DNA from: an uncultured virus (IMG/VR IMGVR_UViG_3300025879_001642)
Lineage: Duplodnaviria > Heunggongvirae > Uroviricota > Caudoviricetes
Virus record (IMG/VR): IMGVR_UViG_3300025879_001642
Length of the DNA: 64,000 bases
Strand: one strand, 5' to 3'
Part shown: in pieces, positions 56,334 to 64,000 of the stretch
Layout of the letters: every line of letters starts with the position of its first letter
Numbering within the stretch: the first letter of the stretch is position 1
Program-made: the position numbers and the translations under genes
The notes under the pieces: generated by a model
Seen by the model: the letters and a program-made list of their open reading frames with translations, nothing else
Databases searched by the model: none
Told to the model about the DNA's origin: nothing

Positions 56334-57257
56334 TTACTGAGTCTTTTTAGTATAATCAACAAGTTTTTTCATTTTTTTCATATCTGAAATAACTTTGTCG
56401 TTAATCATCGACTCATTCACTGTCTCAACTTTCTGAGGAAAAGTATTATACCCTTTTTTCTTTTCTTTCGCTAAACCTTCTCTCTTACGAGTTTTGTTAA
56501 CTTTTTCACCTGTCTCGGTTGGTACTACATTCCCTAACGGTTCACCGAATACGTCGAATTGAGCGTTTCCTTGAGTGGAATCTCCTTTAAGTTGTTTTTC
56601 TGTTTTTTCTTCAAAATTTTCAGGAGTTCTGTCATATTCTAAAGCTTGCATTCCACCTTTCATATCCTCAATGAATTCAAGCTCCTCATCTTTTTCAACT
56701 CTCTCCCCTTTTATTTCACCACCAGTTTGTATTGGGAATTCATTACCTGTATTACCTTCGATGTCAGTATACTCCTTCATCTTTTTGGTAACCAAGTCAT
56801 TGTTATCTTTGTTATGTTTACCTGATTCTTTGTGTGACTTCTTATATGTGTCAATACCAGGTACGTTTTGTTCTGAAACTAATTTTTCTACCAATTCTAT
56901 TAAATCAGATTCTGTAAGTCTTAAAACTTTCTTAGTTGATTCTTTAACAGGGTACGTTTTTCCGTCAACATCAAATTCTTCTTCTCCTGCTTCTTTCGCT
57001 TTAGAAAGTGCGTCTGTGAATTTATTTCCTTCTTCAACGTCTGTTTCTGATTCGCTAACAGGACATTTACATTCAGTTTCGTTTAAACCACATGACTCAC
57101 AAACCGCTACTTCAGATTCGTTAATTCCACATTGGCATTCACCTGACTTGCACTTATCACAACCGCCTTCAGTTATATTCATCGCTTTAAGGACTTCTTC
57201 CTTAACAACGCTCTCTATCAATTTTCCTATTTCAGTATTAATCTTACTCAATTTCAT
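56334..57257 (-). CDS. prohead core/scaffold-like protein
   Basis: Many [ILV]-x-E motifs; EEGNKF..AL..AK..G..EF.VDGK.Y.VKE; Cys clusters; TATTTATA at 57274-57281. Confidence 0.6.
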   Translation of the reverse strand: MKLSKINTEIGKLIESVVKEEVLKAMNITEGGCDKCKSGECQCGINESEVAVCESCGLNETECKCPVSESETDVEEGNKFTDALSKAKEAGEEEFDVDGKTYPVKESTKKVLRLTESDLIELVEKLVSEQNVPGIDTYKKSHKESGKHNKDNNDLVTKKMKEYTDIEGNTGNEFPIQTGGEIKGERVEKDEELEFIEDMKGGMQALEYDRTPENFEEKTEKQLKGDSTQGNAQFDVFGEPLGNVVPTETGEKVNKTRKREGLAKEKKKGYNTFPQKVETVNESMINDKVISDMKKMKKLVDYTKKTQ

Positions 57258-57292
57258 TTTAATGGTCTTTAGTTATAAATATCACAGAACCT

Positions 57293-59122
57293 TTATTTGT
57301 CTGTGTTTTTATTATTTTTTTCAGCCTTATCCATTCTTTCCTGGTTAGTCTGTTTCATTCTTTCTCTAAAAAGTGATTCTTCTAAATCGTTTAAAATAAT
57401 CGACTTTACTTTTAATGGGTCTTCCCCCATATCCTTAGCTACTTTATCAGCCATCTTAGAATACTTACCGTCTTCGAATAATTCCAAAGCCTTAATGTCC
57501 CCCTGATTACAATATGGGTAAGTCTTACACTTATCCTTTATCTTTACAAATTTACCGTTCGGTATTTGTGTTTTGGCAGCTCCTCTATGATTCTTAGCAT
57601 CTTTAGCTAAGAAAAATGGTGTCTCATAAGAACCTGAACTACTCGATAATGTAGCCTCCTTTGTATCCATCTTAACTGTTTCTTCAGATAATTTAGATAA
57701 TTCAGTTGCCGTCTCAATACCCACTATACCATCAACCTTTAGTTTCTTATCTTTCTGAAACTTACTCACTGCCGACTTAGTTTCAGGACCGTACTGACCG
57801 TCAATACCTTTTTTAGGTAAATCATACCCATTAGACATTAAAGTCGATTGTAGGTCATTTACTCCCTCACCACTAGACCCTACGGCTAATAGTTGAGAGT
57901 TATCTCCGTTATCAACAATATCTTTTATTGTTAGGTTCTGTTTAACTATATTAGTTTTTTTCTTACCTGTCGAGACTTTTTGATTATTTTCTCCCTCAGT
58001 ATTTGAAACGTGTAAATGATTTTTGTGTGAACCATCATTCATATACCATAACACTGCCTTAGGGTTTCTACTTCCCTCCGCATTACGATTATATCCTAAC
58101 TTTTCTAATTCAGAACATAGTCTATCTCCCGCAACTTTAAAACCTTTAGGGTTATCTTTGTAACTCATCGGTTTTGTCTCATTTGAGTTTTCTAAATCTT
58201 GTAATCTAGAAACATCAACCGCTAATCCCCTATAGTGTCTACTAACATTTCCTGACTTTGTCATCTTACCGTGACCTGATGTCCCGTAAGTAATCTCCGC
58301 TTTAACATTAGCTCTGTCAGCAGCAATTCCTATATCATCCACTAAATCTTTATTAGTATAATCATCTTCCGCTCTACCACTAACATCAAGATTTGGTAAA
58401 CTTTCGTCACCAATTCTCATCATTACCTCATCAACATCACCTCTTAGGTCTTCATCTCTGTCGATAACTTTTTTTAATATACGATTCATTACATCCGTTG
58501 TCAAACCTTCGGTCTCACCATTTGGATTATCGTCAGACTTTAATTGAGGAGAGAATCCCATTCCCTCATCTAAATCACTTTCTTTCTCACTAACAGTATA
58601 TGGTTTAATATTCCCCATCGGTCTTTTAATGACCTGAGTTTTCTTAGTTGATGGTGATACGAATAATGGACCTAAGAAAGACCCACCTGACGCGGCACCT
58701 GTAACTTCAGTCAACTCATCAACCGCATTATCAATCGCATCAATTCTATCATTGAAATCATTAGGGGTGAAACTCTTTATACGACTTTCAATATCCACCT
58801 TAGTTTGATTCAATAGTTTTAAAATCTCTGGTAATTGTTTTACCTTAATTTTTGGTAACTCCTTAAGTATTGATGATACAAACTTCTTAGTTATTTTCTC
58901 AATTCTCTTTTTAGGGTTTGAAAATGGGTTTAATGAAATCTCATCAATATCACCTTCGATACTCATCGCTTCATCCAACGCATCTAAAACATTTTGTTTA
59001 CCGTATTTCTTTTTACCCTCAATCATAGATAACATCTTTGACGTATCCGTAGATTTATTAATATGATTTACTGACGACATGTTTTTAACTGTTGCCGATT
59101 TGATATCGTTAGTTAGACTCAT
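57293..59122 (-). CDS. multidomain protein with M15/LAS-type Zn peptidase and peptidoglycan-binding domain
   Basis: SRHYRGLAVDV...HKNHLHVS; DGQYGPETKSAV..FQ...L.VDGIVG.ET. Confidence 0.75.
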   Translation of the reverse strand: MSLTNDIKSATVKNMSSVNHINKSTDTSKMLSMIEGKKKYGKQNVLDALDEAMSIEGDIDEISLNPFSNPKKRIEKITKKFVSSILKELPKIKVKQLPEILKLLNQTKVDIESRIKSFTPNDFNDRIDAIDNAVDELTEVTGAASGGSFLGPLFVSPSTKKTQVIKRPMGNIKPYTVSEKESDLDEGMGFSPQLKSDDNPNGETEGLTTDVMNRILKKVIDRDEDLRGDVDEVMMRIGDESLPNLDVSGRAEDDYTNKDLVDDIGIAADRANVKAEITYGTSGHGKMTKSGNVSRHYRGLAVDVSRLQDLENSNETKPMSYKDNPKGFKVAGDRLCSELEKLGYNRNAEGSRNPKAVLWYMNDGSHKNHLHVSNTEGENNQKVSTGKKKTNIVKQNLTIKDIVDNGDNSQLLAVGSSGEGVNDLQSTLMSNGYDLPKKGIDGQYGPETKSAVSKFQKDKKLKVDGIVGIETATELSKLSEETVKMDTKEATLSSSSGSYETPFFLAKDAKNHRGAAKTQIPNGKFVKIKDKCKTYPYCNQGDIKALELFEDGKYSKMADKVAKDMGEDPLKVKSIILNDLEESLFRERMKQTNQERMDKAEKNNKNTDK

Positions 59123-59370
59123 TACGTTCTTATATTTTTAACTGGTTGTTCCCAGAAATTACGTCTCATCCATAGTTGTCTAAATAACTCAACCAATGCC
59201 TTTGACGAAATATCCACAACATCTTTTTTATTTACAACACCCTGTTTTTTTAACTCTTCTTCTACTGTTTTTAAAACAATTTTTTGTGCCTTTGTACTGT
59301 CCATAAAGTCTTTAATCTCTTTACGAACTATTCTTTCTATTTTTTGTGTATCTGTTTTAGTTAGTGCCAT
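59122..59370 (-). CDS. basic hypothetical protein
   Basis: 82 aa; TATTTATA 4 nt before the ATG. Confidence 0.75.
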   Translation of the reverse strand: MALTKTDTQKIERIVRKEIKDFMDSTKAQKIVLKTVEEELKKQGVVNKKDVVDISSKALVELFRQLWMRRNFWEQPVKNIRT

Positions 59371-59382
59371 ATCTTATAAATA

Positions 59383-60279
59383 TTAAAAAATCTTATAACC
59401 TACAGTTAACCCGATACCGATTGATGGAGTGAACACTCCATTACCATAACCTAAGTTTAATGTCGGTCCAATCATCGCGCCAAAACCTGTCCTCTTTCTT
59501 TTAATCACAGGTAGTGGTATCGTCTTAGGTTCTACATCTATAAAGTTTACTCCATCAGCATATGGTATATTCAATATACTACTCGGAATATCCTTACCGT
59601 AAATGTCAACAGGGTTTATCAGAATCCTCGTATTACCGTTTGGTAGTTCTAATTGCCCAATATTTAATGTGAAATTCAAACCATGTGTAATCTGTGTACT
59701 CTTAGACGGACCATACTTATCTAACAATGTCAATCTTAAAGTATCACCATAAGGTTCAAACGTAAACCACGTCTTAGTCTCAATATCAAAAACACTATTA
59801 CTCTCTTTAACCTCTAAACTATATTCTAAACTGTCAACTTTAGTAACATTTGTAGTCGCATCAGTACTAACCGTCTGAGAAGATACATCAACAACAAATA
59901 CGTTCTTAACGTCAGATTTCTCATTCAACTCCTTACTTATTTGACTAATTTTTTGATTCGCATCACTTAGTCTCTTAGTTAGTATGACCGTTTCACTATC
60001 TTTAACCCTAACAACATCTTTTAAGTATGAGAAATTATCCTCATAGTATTTAACACTATCTTTTAATGCATTGATGTTATTAAGAGTTCGATTACTTTCG
60101 TTTTTAACATCCACCTCCATTCTTTCAATGGTTCCCTTTAACTGTCTGTTAGTCTCACACTGTTTAAAGAATAGAATAATGAACGCAGCAACAATCAACC
60201 CTAAAAAAAACTTTGGATGTTTCTTTAAGAATTGAATAAATGTTGACGATATTTGTAGTATACTACTCAGTATCTGCAT
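59383..60279 (-). CDS. membrane-anchored coiled-coil protein with C-terminal beta-signal-like strands (spanin candidate; start uncertain)
   Basis: N-terminal TM, coiled coil, C-terminus GFGAMIGP...GYG...PSIGIGLTVGYKIF. Confidence 0.55.
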   Translation of the reverse strand: MQILSSILQISSTFIQFLKKHPKFFLGLIVAAFIILFFKQCETNRQLKGTIERMEVDVKNESNRTLNNINALKDSVKYYEDNFSYLKDVVRVKDSETVILTKRLSDANQKISQISKELNEKSDVKNVFVVDVSSQTVSTDATTNVTKVDSLEYSLEVKESNSVFDIETKTWFTFEPYGDTLRLTLLDKYGPSKSTQITHGLNFTLNIGQLELPNGNTRILINPVDIYGKDIPSSILNIPYADGVNFIDVEPKTIPLPVIKRKRTGFGAMIGPTLNLGYGNGVFTPSIGIGLTVGYKIF

Positions 60280-60790
60280 CTTCAGAGTCTGTTTGTTTTC
60301 TTGTAGCAACTAATTTAGCCCACTTACTTGAGAAAATCTTATAGTACGACCTTAATTTCTGTATCATACTAATAAAGTCGTCATCCACTTTAGTCATTTG
60401 ACCGTTGAAGTATATTCCGTTGTTCTCACCTAACGTGTAGAAAAATTCTAAGTCAAATTTAACTAACTTACCTGACCACTCAATATTATCAGGGTAAAGG
60501 TGTAACGCATCATAATCAACTAAATCAGAGACCTGTTCAACAAACTCATCCATTGTTTCTTGGAAGTTCTGCTTTTCGTCAGCAGTGATGTCTAATTCTG
60601 ATTCACTATATCCGTGTACCACAATTTTACCACCCGATACTGTATGTTCTCTTCTTTTTTCTTCAGGTTTAGTTTCAGTGTCTTCACCTGTATCATCGAT
60701 ACTCTGTCTGGTATCAATTTGTTCTGTAAGAGCTCTCGAACGTCTCAATAAGTTCTTAATTTCGTCGTACTCGTTAATCGTTTTTTTCAT
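60263..60790 (-). CDS. hypothetical protein, putative head cargo
   Basis: MKKTINEY...ALTEQ N-terminus. Confidence 0.7.
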   Translation of the reverse strand: MKKTINEYDEIKNLLRRSRALTEQIDTRQSIDDTGEDTETKPEEKRREHTVSGGKIVVHGYSESELDITADEKQNFQETMDEFVEQVSDLVDYDALHLYPDNIEWSGKLVKFDLEFFYTLGENNGIYFNGQMTKVDDDFISMIQKLRSYYKIFSSKWAKLVATRKQTDSEDADTE

Positions 60791-61376
60791 TTGTCATTTC
60801 TATTAATTTATCAAAATCAAATGCCGGTGACACTCCTGTGTATAAATCCGAATAATTCGACTTTGATGTTATTCCTTTAAAATTTTCAACCCCTGATACT
60901 TTTGTATTATGTCCAACATAATCCATTTCAATACCAAACTCTTCAGTCAGTTCTTTGATTAGTTTTGATAGTTCAATATACTGTTCTTCAGTATAAGGGT
61001 CCCAAAAACCATAACCTCTCCACTTTTTCTCAAAGGGTTTATTAAAATAAATATCACCAATCCAGTTCATAAACTTACCAGAGATGTGATGTTTCTTTAA
61101 CCACCCATTATTTTCTAATGAAATAATGATGGATTTGTTATCGACTCTCTTCATATCCATATAGTTTGAACTATACTTCGACTCAAAGAATTGCTTTCTA
61201 TTACCTTCTTTACTTATCACAAAATGAGGTACCTTCTCATATTTACCTCCGAAACGATACTTTAACGCCATTAAATAATACCTCACACTTCTCGATGTGT
61301 GTGTTAAAATGATTTGCGTCTTATTTTGTTTCCTTCGTATATGAAAATACTTCCTCTTATCCACCGTATCTGTCAT
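60774..61376 (-). CDS. N-acetylmuramoyl-L-alanine amidase (Amidase_2-like), divergent
   Basis: IILTHT, PHFVISKEG, SIIISLEN.G, YTEEQY..L..L, SPAFDF. Confidence 0.7.
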   Translation of the reverse strand: MTDTVDKRKYFHIRRKQNKTQIILTHTSRSVRYYLMALKYRFGGKYEKVPHFVISKEGNRKQFFESKYSSNYMDMKRVDNKSIIISLENNGWLKKHHISGKFMNWIGDIYFNKPFEKKWRGYGFWDPYTEEQYIELSKLIKELTEEFGIEMDYVGHNTKVSGVENFKGITSKSNYSDLYTGVSPAFDFDKLIEMTNEKND

Positions 61377-62766
61377 TTCTTGGAATTATTCTATTACCGA
61401 CTCTTAAGAATGGTGAAACATTATCTTTATCAATCTTTGGTGGAGCAACTTCCTTTAACTCTTCCTCTTCATATGTTGTGTCATCACCCAAATCCTCATC
61501 TTCTTCCTCAAAGATAATATCTTCTTCAAATTTAAGTTCCTCATCTGTCATATCGCTGACCATATCATTCATAACCATATCTAAAGCGTGGTCTTCGTCA
61601 AATTCAACCTCTGTTTTAAGTTCTTCCTTTGGTTCTTCTTCATCCCACTCCTCAGAATCCTCTATCTCTTCAAACTGATTTCTAAAGTCATACATCTCCT
61701 CTTCAGACCAATACAATCCTTCATACTCATCATTAGGTGTTTCTTCTAACCTTTCCTCAAACCATTTAGGTGGTGTATCTTCCATATCACTATCATCACC
61801 AATAAACTCATCCTCAACTAACTCTTCTTTAGTTACTGGTTCTTTATTGATTAGTGAATCCTCTATCTTACCTAATTGTTCTTCGGTAAGTACAATAGGT
61901 TTTGGTCCCTCGTCTAACTCATCTTCCTCTGATTCGTCTTTAGGGTCTTTCTTTATCTTATCGAACGCGAAGTTAGCCGCAACCACCAACGCAATCGCTA
62001 ATGGGTCAAATACGAATATAATAATCAATAATAGGATGTTGATAATACTACCCATATCTGAACCTGTAAGTTCACTTAAGTATTTTAGGGGTCCTAATTC
62101 CCCCGCTAAATCAGATTCTGTCTTTACGTCCAATACTCTCATATCTAAAGAGTTTATTGAATCTGTTGTGACTTCTATCTTTTTAGCTATCTCATTTCTT
62201 TGAGTGATAGCCCCATCAAGCTGAGCCTGTAATGCTCTTCGATTACTTGATGAGGTGGTCGTAATAATCTGACCTGTCTCTCTATCTTTATATTGAATAA
62301 CATTATTCGCTAAACCGTCTCTTAACGATTTAATACTCTTATCTATCTCACTTTTCTCCTCTAAAAAATAGGCTCTGTCTTCAGTATATCGATTCTTCTT
62401 TAACTCGTAGACCTCAACCTCTTTATCCACTAACCCTGACTTCGTAGCCGTCTCTTGGTAAGCGGCAGATAAGAATCCGTAAATCCCCGCAGATGTAATT
62501 AGTATTAATATGAAAGTTGCCGTTGTTAAATATACCTTTAACAGTCTATTTAATTGTGACCAATATTGGTATAGTAAAGATGCGATTACCAATTTAGCAA
62601 ACTCTAACGAACCCGCCATAATAATAACCTCAAAAGACGCTCCTGCAAATAACTTACTTAAACCCGTTACCGAATAAAAAGCCGCTGAAGCACTTACCGA
62701 TAATGCCGATAACGCAATAATCGTTGGGAACGTTCTCTTTTTTAACTCATTTAAAAATTTAATCAT
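61357..62766 (-). CDS. multi-TM membrane protein with periplasmic coiled coil and acidic tail
   Basis: SAAFYSVTGL..LFAG, LE.AKLV, TS.GIYGFLS, ELGPLKYL, IIFVFDPLA. Confidence 0.75.
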   Translation of the reverse strand: MIKFLNELKKRTFPTIIALSALSVSASAAFYSVTGLSKLFAGASFEVIIMAGSLEFAKLVIASLLYQYWSQLNRLLKVYLTTATFILILITSAGIYGFLSAAYQETATKSGLVDKEVEVYELKKNRYTEDRAYFLEEKSEIDKSIKSLRDGLANNVIQYKDRETGQIITTTSSSNRRALQAQLDGAITQRNEIAKKIEVTTDSINSLDMRVLDVKTESDLAGELGPLKYLSELTGSDMGSIINILLLIIIFVFDPLAIALVVAANFAFDKIKKDPKDESEEDELDEGPKPIVLTEEQLGKIEDSLINKEPVTKEELVEDEFIGDDSDMEDTPPKWFEERLEETPNDEYEGLYWSEEEMYDFRNQFEEIEDSEEWDEEEPKEELKTEVEFDEDHALDMVMNDMVSDMTDEELKFEEDIIFEEEDEDLGDDTTYEEEELKEVAPPKIDKDNVSPFLRVGNRIIPRNDRYGG

Positions 62767-62817
62767 AATATAGTTTTAATTAATAAATTTAACATACCTA
62801 CATAAATAGTCAAATCT

Positions 62818-63609
62818 TTATAAGTAATCGAAAATCACATCAGACTCATTACGTAGTTTTCTTAATGCCTTTTCTTTAATCTGTCTAACTCTTTCTTTTG
62901 TCAAACCAAAATCACCACCGATATCCTCTAAAGTTCTCGGAGTACCGACAAGACCAAAGTAGTCTTTCACAATCGCATTTTCACGACTATCTAACACATC
63001 CATTATTTTGATTAGTTGTTTTTTAACAATATCATCACCATCTAACTTAGAGTCAGGCATAATCGCATCTGAATCTTCTAAAAGGTCAAACATTGTATCA
63101 CCCTCATCATTGATGTGGTCGTCAAAGGTAACCGCATGAGCCAAATTACTTAACTTAGGATTCACATCCTCGATTCTCGTATCACTCTTTTTTGCTCTCT
63201 GTACCTCTTGTACTACATTAACTGGTAGTCTAATAGTCCTTGCATTCTCATTAAGTGTCTGTAAGATTGATTGTCTAACCCACCATACCGCATATGAGAT
63301 AAATCTAAACCCTCTCTCCCAATCGAAGTTTTTAATTGCCTTCATAAGACCTAAGTTCCCTTCGGAAATTAAATCAGACATATCAACACCCTGACCCTGA
63401 TAATCCTTAGCTACCGTTATTACGAATCTTAGATTACCTTCCAATAGTTCCTTATGAACCATATCAATCTCCTGTTGAGTAACGTCCTTCTTAGACATAA
63501 TCTCTGAAAGTTCTTTCTCTCTCTCAACTGTTATTACTGGTAATTTCCTTAACTCTTTAAGGTAATGTGAAATCTCGTCTTGGTTAATGTGTGAATTGTA
63601 TCCTGCCAT
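62818..63609 (-). CDS. RNA polymerase sigma-70 factor, RpoD/SigA-like
   Basis: YLKEL, NLRFVITVAK.Y, DLISEGNLGL, RGFRFISYAVWWVRQSI, IRLP, TLEDIG..FGLTKERVRQIKEKALRKL. Confidence 0.95.
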   Translation of the reverse strand: MAGYNSHINQDEISHYLKELRKLPVITVEREKELSEIMSKKDVTQQEIDMVHKELLEGNLRFVITVAKDYQGQGVDMSDLISEGNLGLMKAIKNFDWERGFRFISYAVWWVRQSILQTLNENARTIRLPVNVVQEVQRAKKSDTRIEDVNPKLSNLAHAVTFDDHINDEGDTMFDLLEDSDAIMPDSKLDGDDIVKKQLIKIMDVLDSRENAIVKDYFGLVGTPRTLEDIGGDFGLTKERVRQIKEKALRKLRNESDVIFDYL

Positions 63610-63621
63610 ATATCTATTTTT

Positions 63622-63978
63622 TTAATTTTGTTTGTTTAAAAATTCTTTTTCTTCTTCAGTTAGCGAAGATAAACCATTTTCTGTGATTTTATCTAATATT
63701 TCGTCTAAATCTAACTCTTTTGATTTTGTAATGTTCTTCACCCCTGAAACAAATTCCTCGAACATACCGTCTATCTTACCCAATAAATCACTCATATCGG
63801 GAAATAATTCCTCATCACTAAGTAAGTCATTGGTCATATCGATATCGTTTTGCCTTTTTACGATATGATTAGTATCAGTATCTAAGTCGAATAAATGCGT
63901 ATCCATCCCATCTTTAAAGTTATGACCTAACTTTCTTGGTTTTGGAGTAAAGATGTAATTAGTTATATAGTCAGGCAT
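63622..63978 (-). CDS. hypothetical protein with DUF6576-like C-terminal motif (may extend upstream)
   Basis: LDEILDKITENGLSSLTEEEKEFL. Confidence 0.6.
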   Translation of the reverse strand: MPDYITNYIFTPKPRKLGHNFKDGMDTHLFDLDTDTNHIVKRQNDIDMTNDLLSDEELFPDMSDLLGKIDGMFEEFVSGVKNITKSKELDLDEILDKITENGLSSLTEEEKEFLNKQN

Positions 63979-64000
63979 CTGACCCTTTATATAGTCATTG

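Noticed and set aside
56575..57348. 257-aa plus-strand ORF
   Set aside because: Ser/Phe/Leu-rich antisense shadow of the Glu/Lys-rich gene 56334..57257.
7699..59382. Plus-strand TATAAATA read as T4 gp55 late promoters
   Set aside because: In that orientation they point away from the adjacent genes; the copy before a plus-strand gene (52562) reads TATTTATA, indicating the opposite orientation.
1..64000. Eukaryotic giant virus or bacterial chromosome origin, suggested by the PLOD, collagen, LRR, sigma and MarC genes
   Set aside because: Bacterial promoters and terminators, peptidoglycan hydrolases, S74 fibres and dense hypothetical genes without housekeeping operons fit a large phage; no NCLDV core genes seen.
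1..64000. Alternative genetic code (stop-codon reassignment)
   Set aside because: Recognisable genes are full length under the standard code, and TAA, TAG and TGA all occur at plausible gene ends.

Overview
64-kb segment of a large lytic dsDNA (jumbo-type) bacteriophage, almost certainly infecting a Bacteroidota host. Evidence for the host: four exact TTTG-N20/21-TAnnTTTG promoters, A-rich leaders without Shine-Dalgarno sites, and Bacteroidota-type sigma, Hc1 and Smr genes. Most genes lie on the minus strand and the standard code fits. Contents: nucleotide and DNA-modification genes (thyA, two methyltransferases), lysis and cell-wall genes, redox and chaperone genes, and a phage sigma factor. 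About 16 copies of a second, phage-specific promoter motif (TATTTAT[A/T/G]) precede structural-looking genes. A 23-kb fibre block holds five interrelated fibre genes and an operon of three paralogous collagen genes. The standout candidate system is an animal-like collagen pathway. The three Lys-rich Gly-X-Y chains have divergent sequences but almost identical collagen-domain lengths (739/741/738 aa), and each ends in an autocleaving chaperone, suggesting a heterotrimer. A clear homologue of the PLOD/LH3 collagen glycosyltransferase lies about 22 kb away. Other notable items are a degenerate MetK homologue lacking catalytic motifs and a PPK2 wrapped in putative head-protease cleavage motifs. 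No tRNA, rRNA, CRISPR array or mobile element was seen. All family calls are by-eye motif recognition, not database searches.
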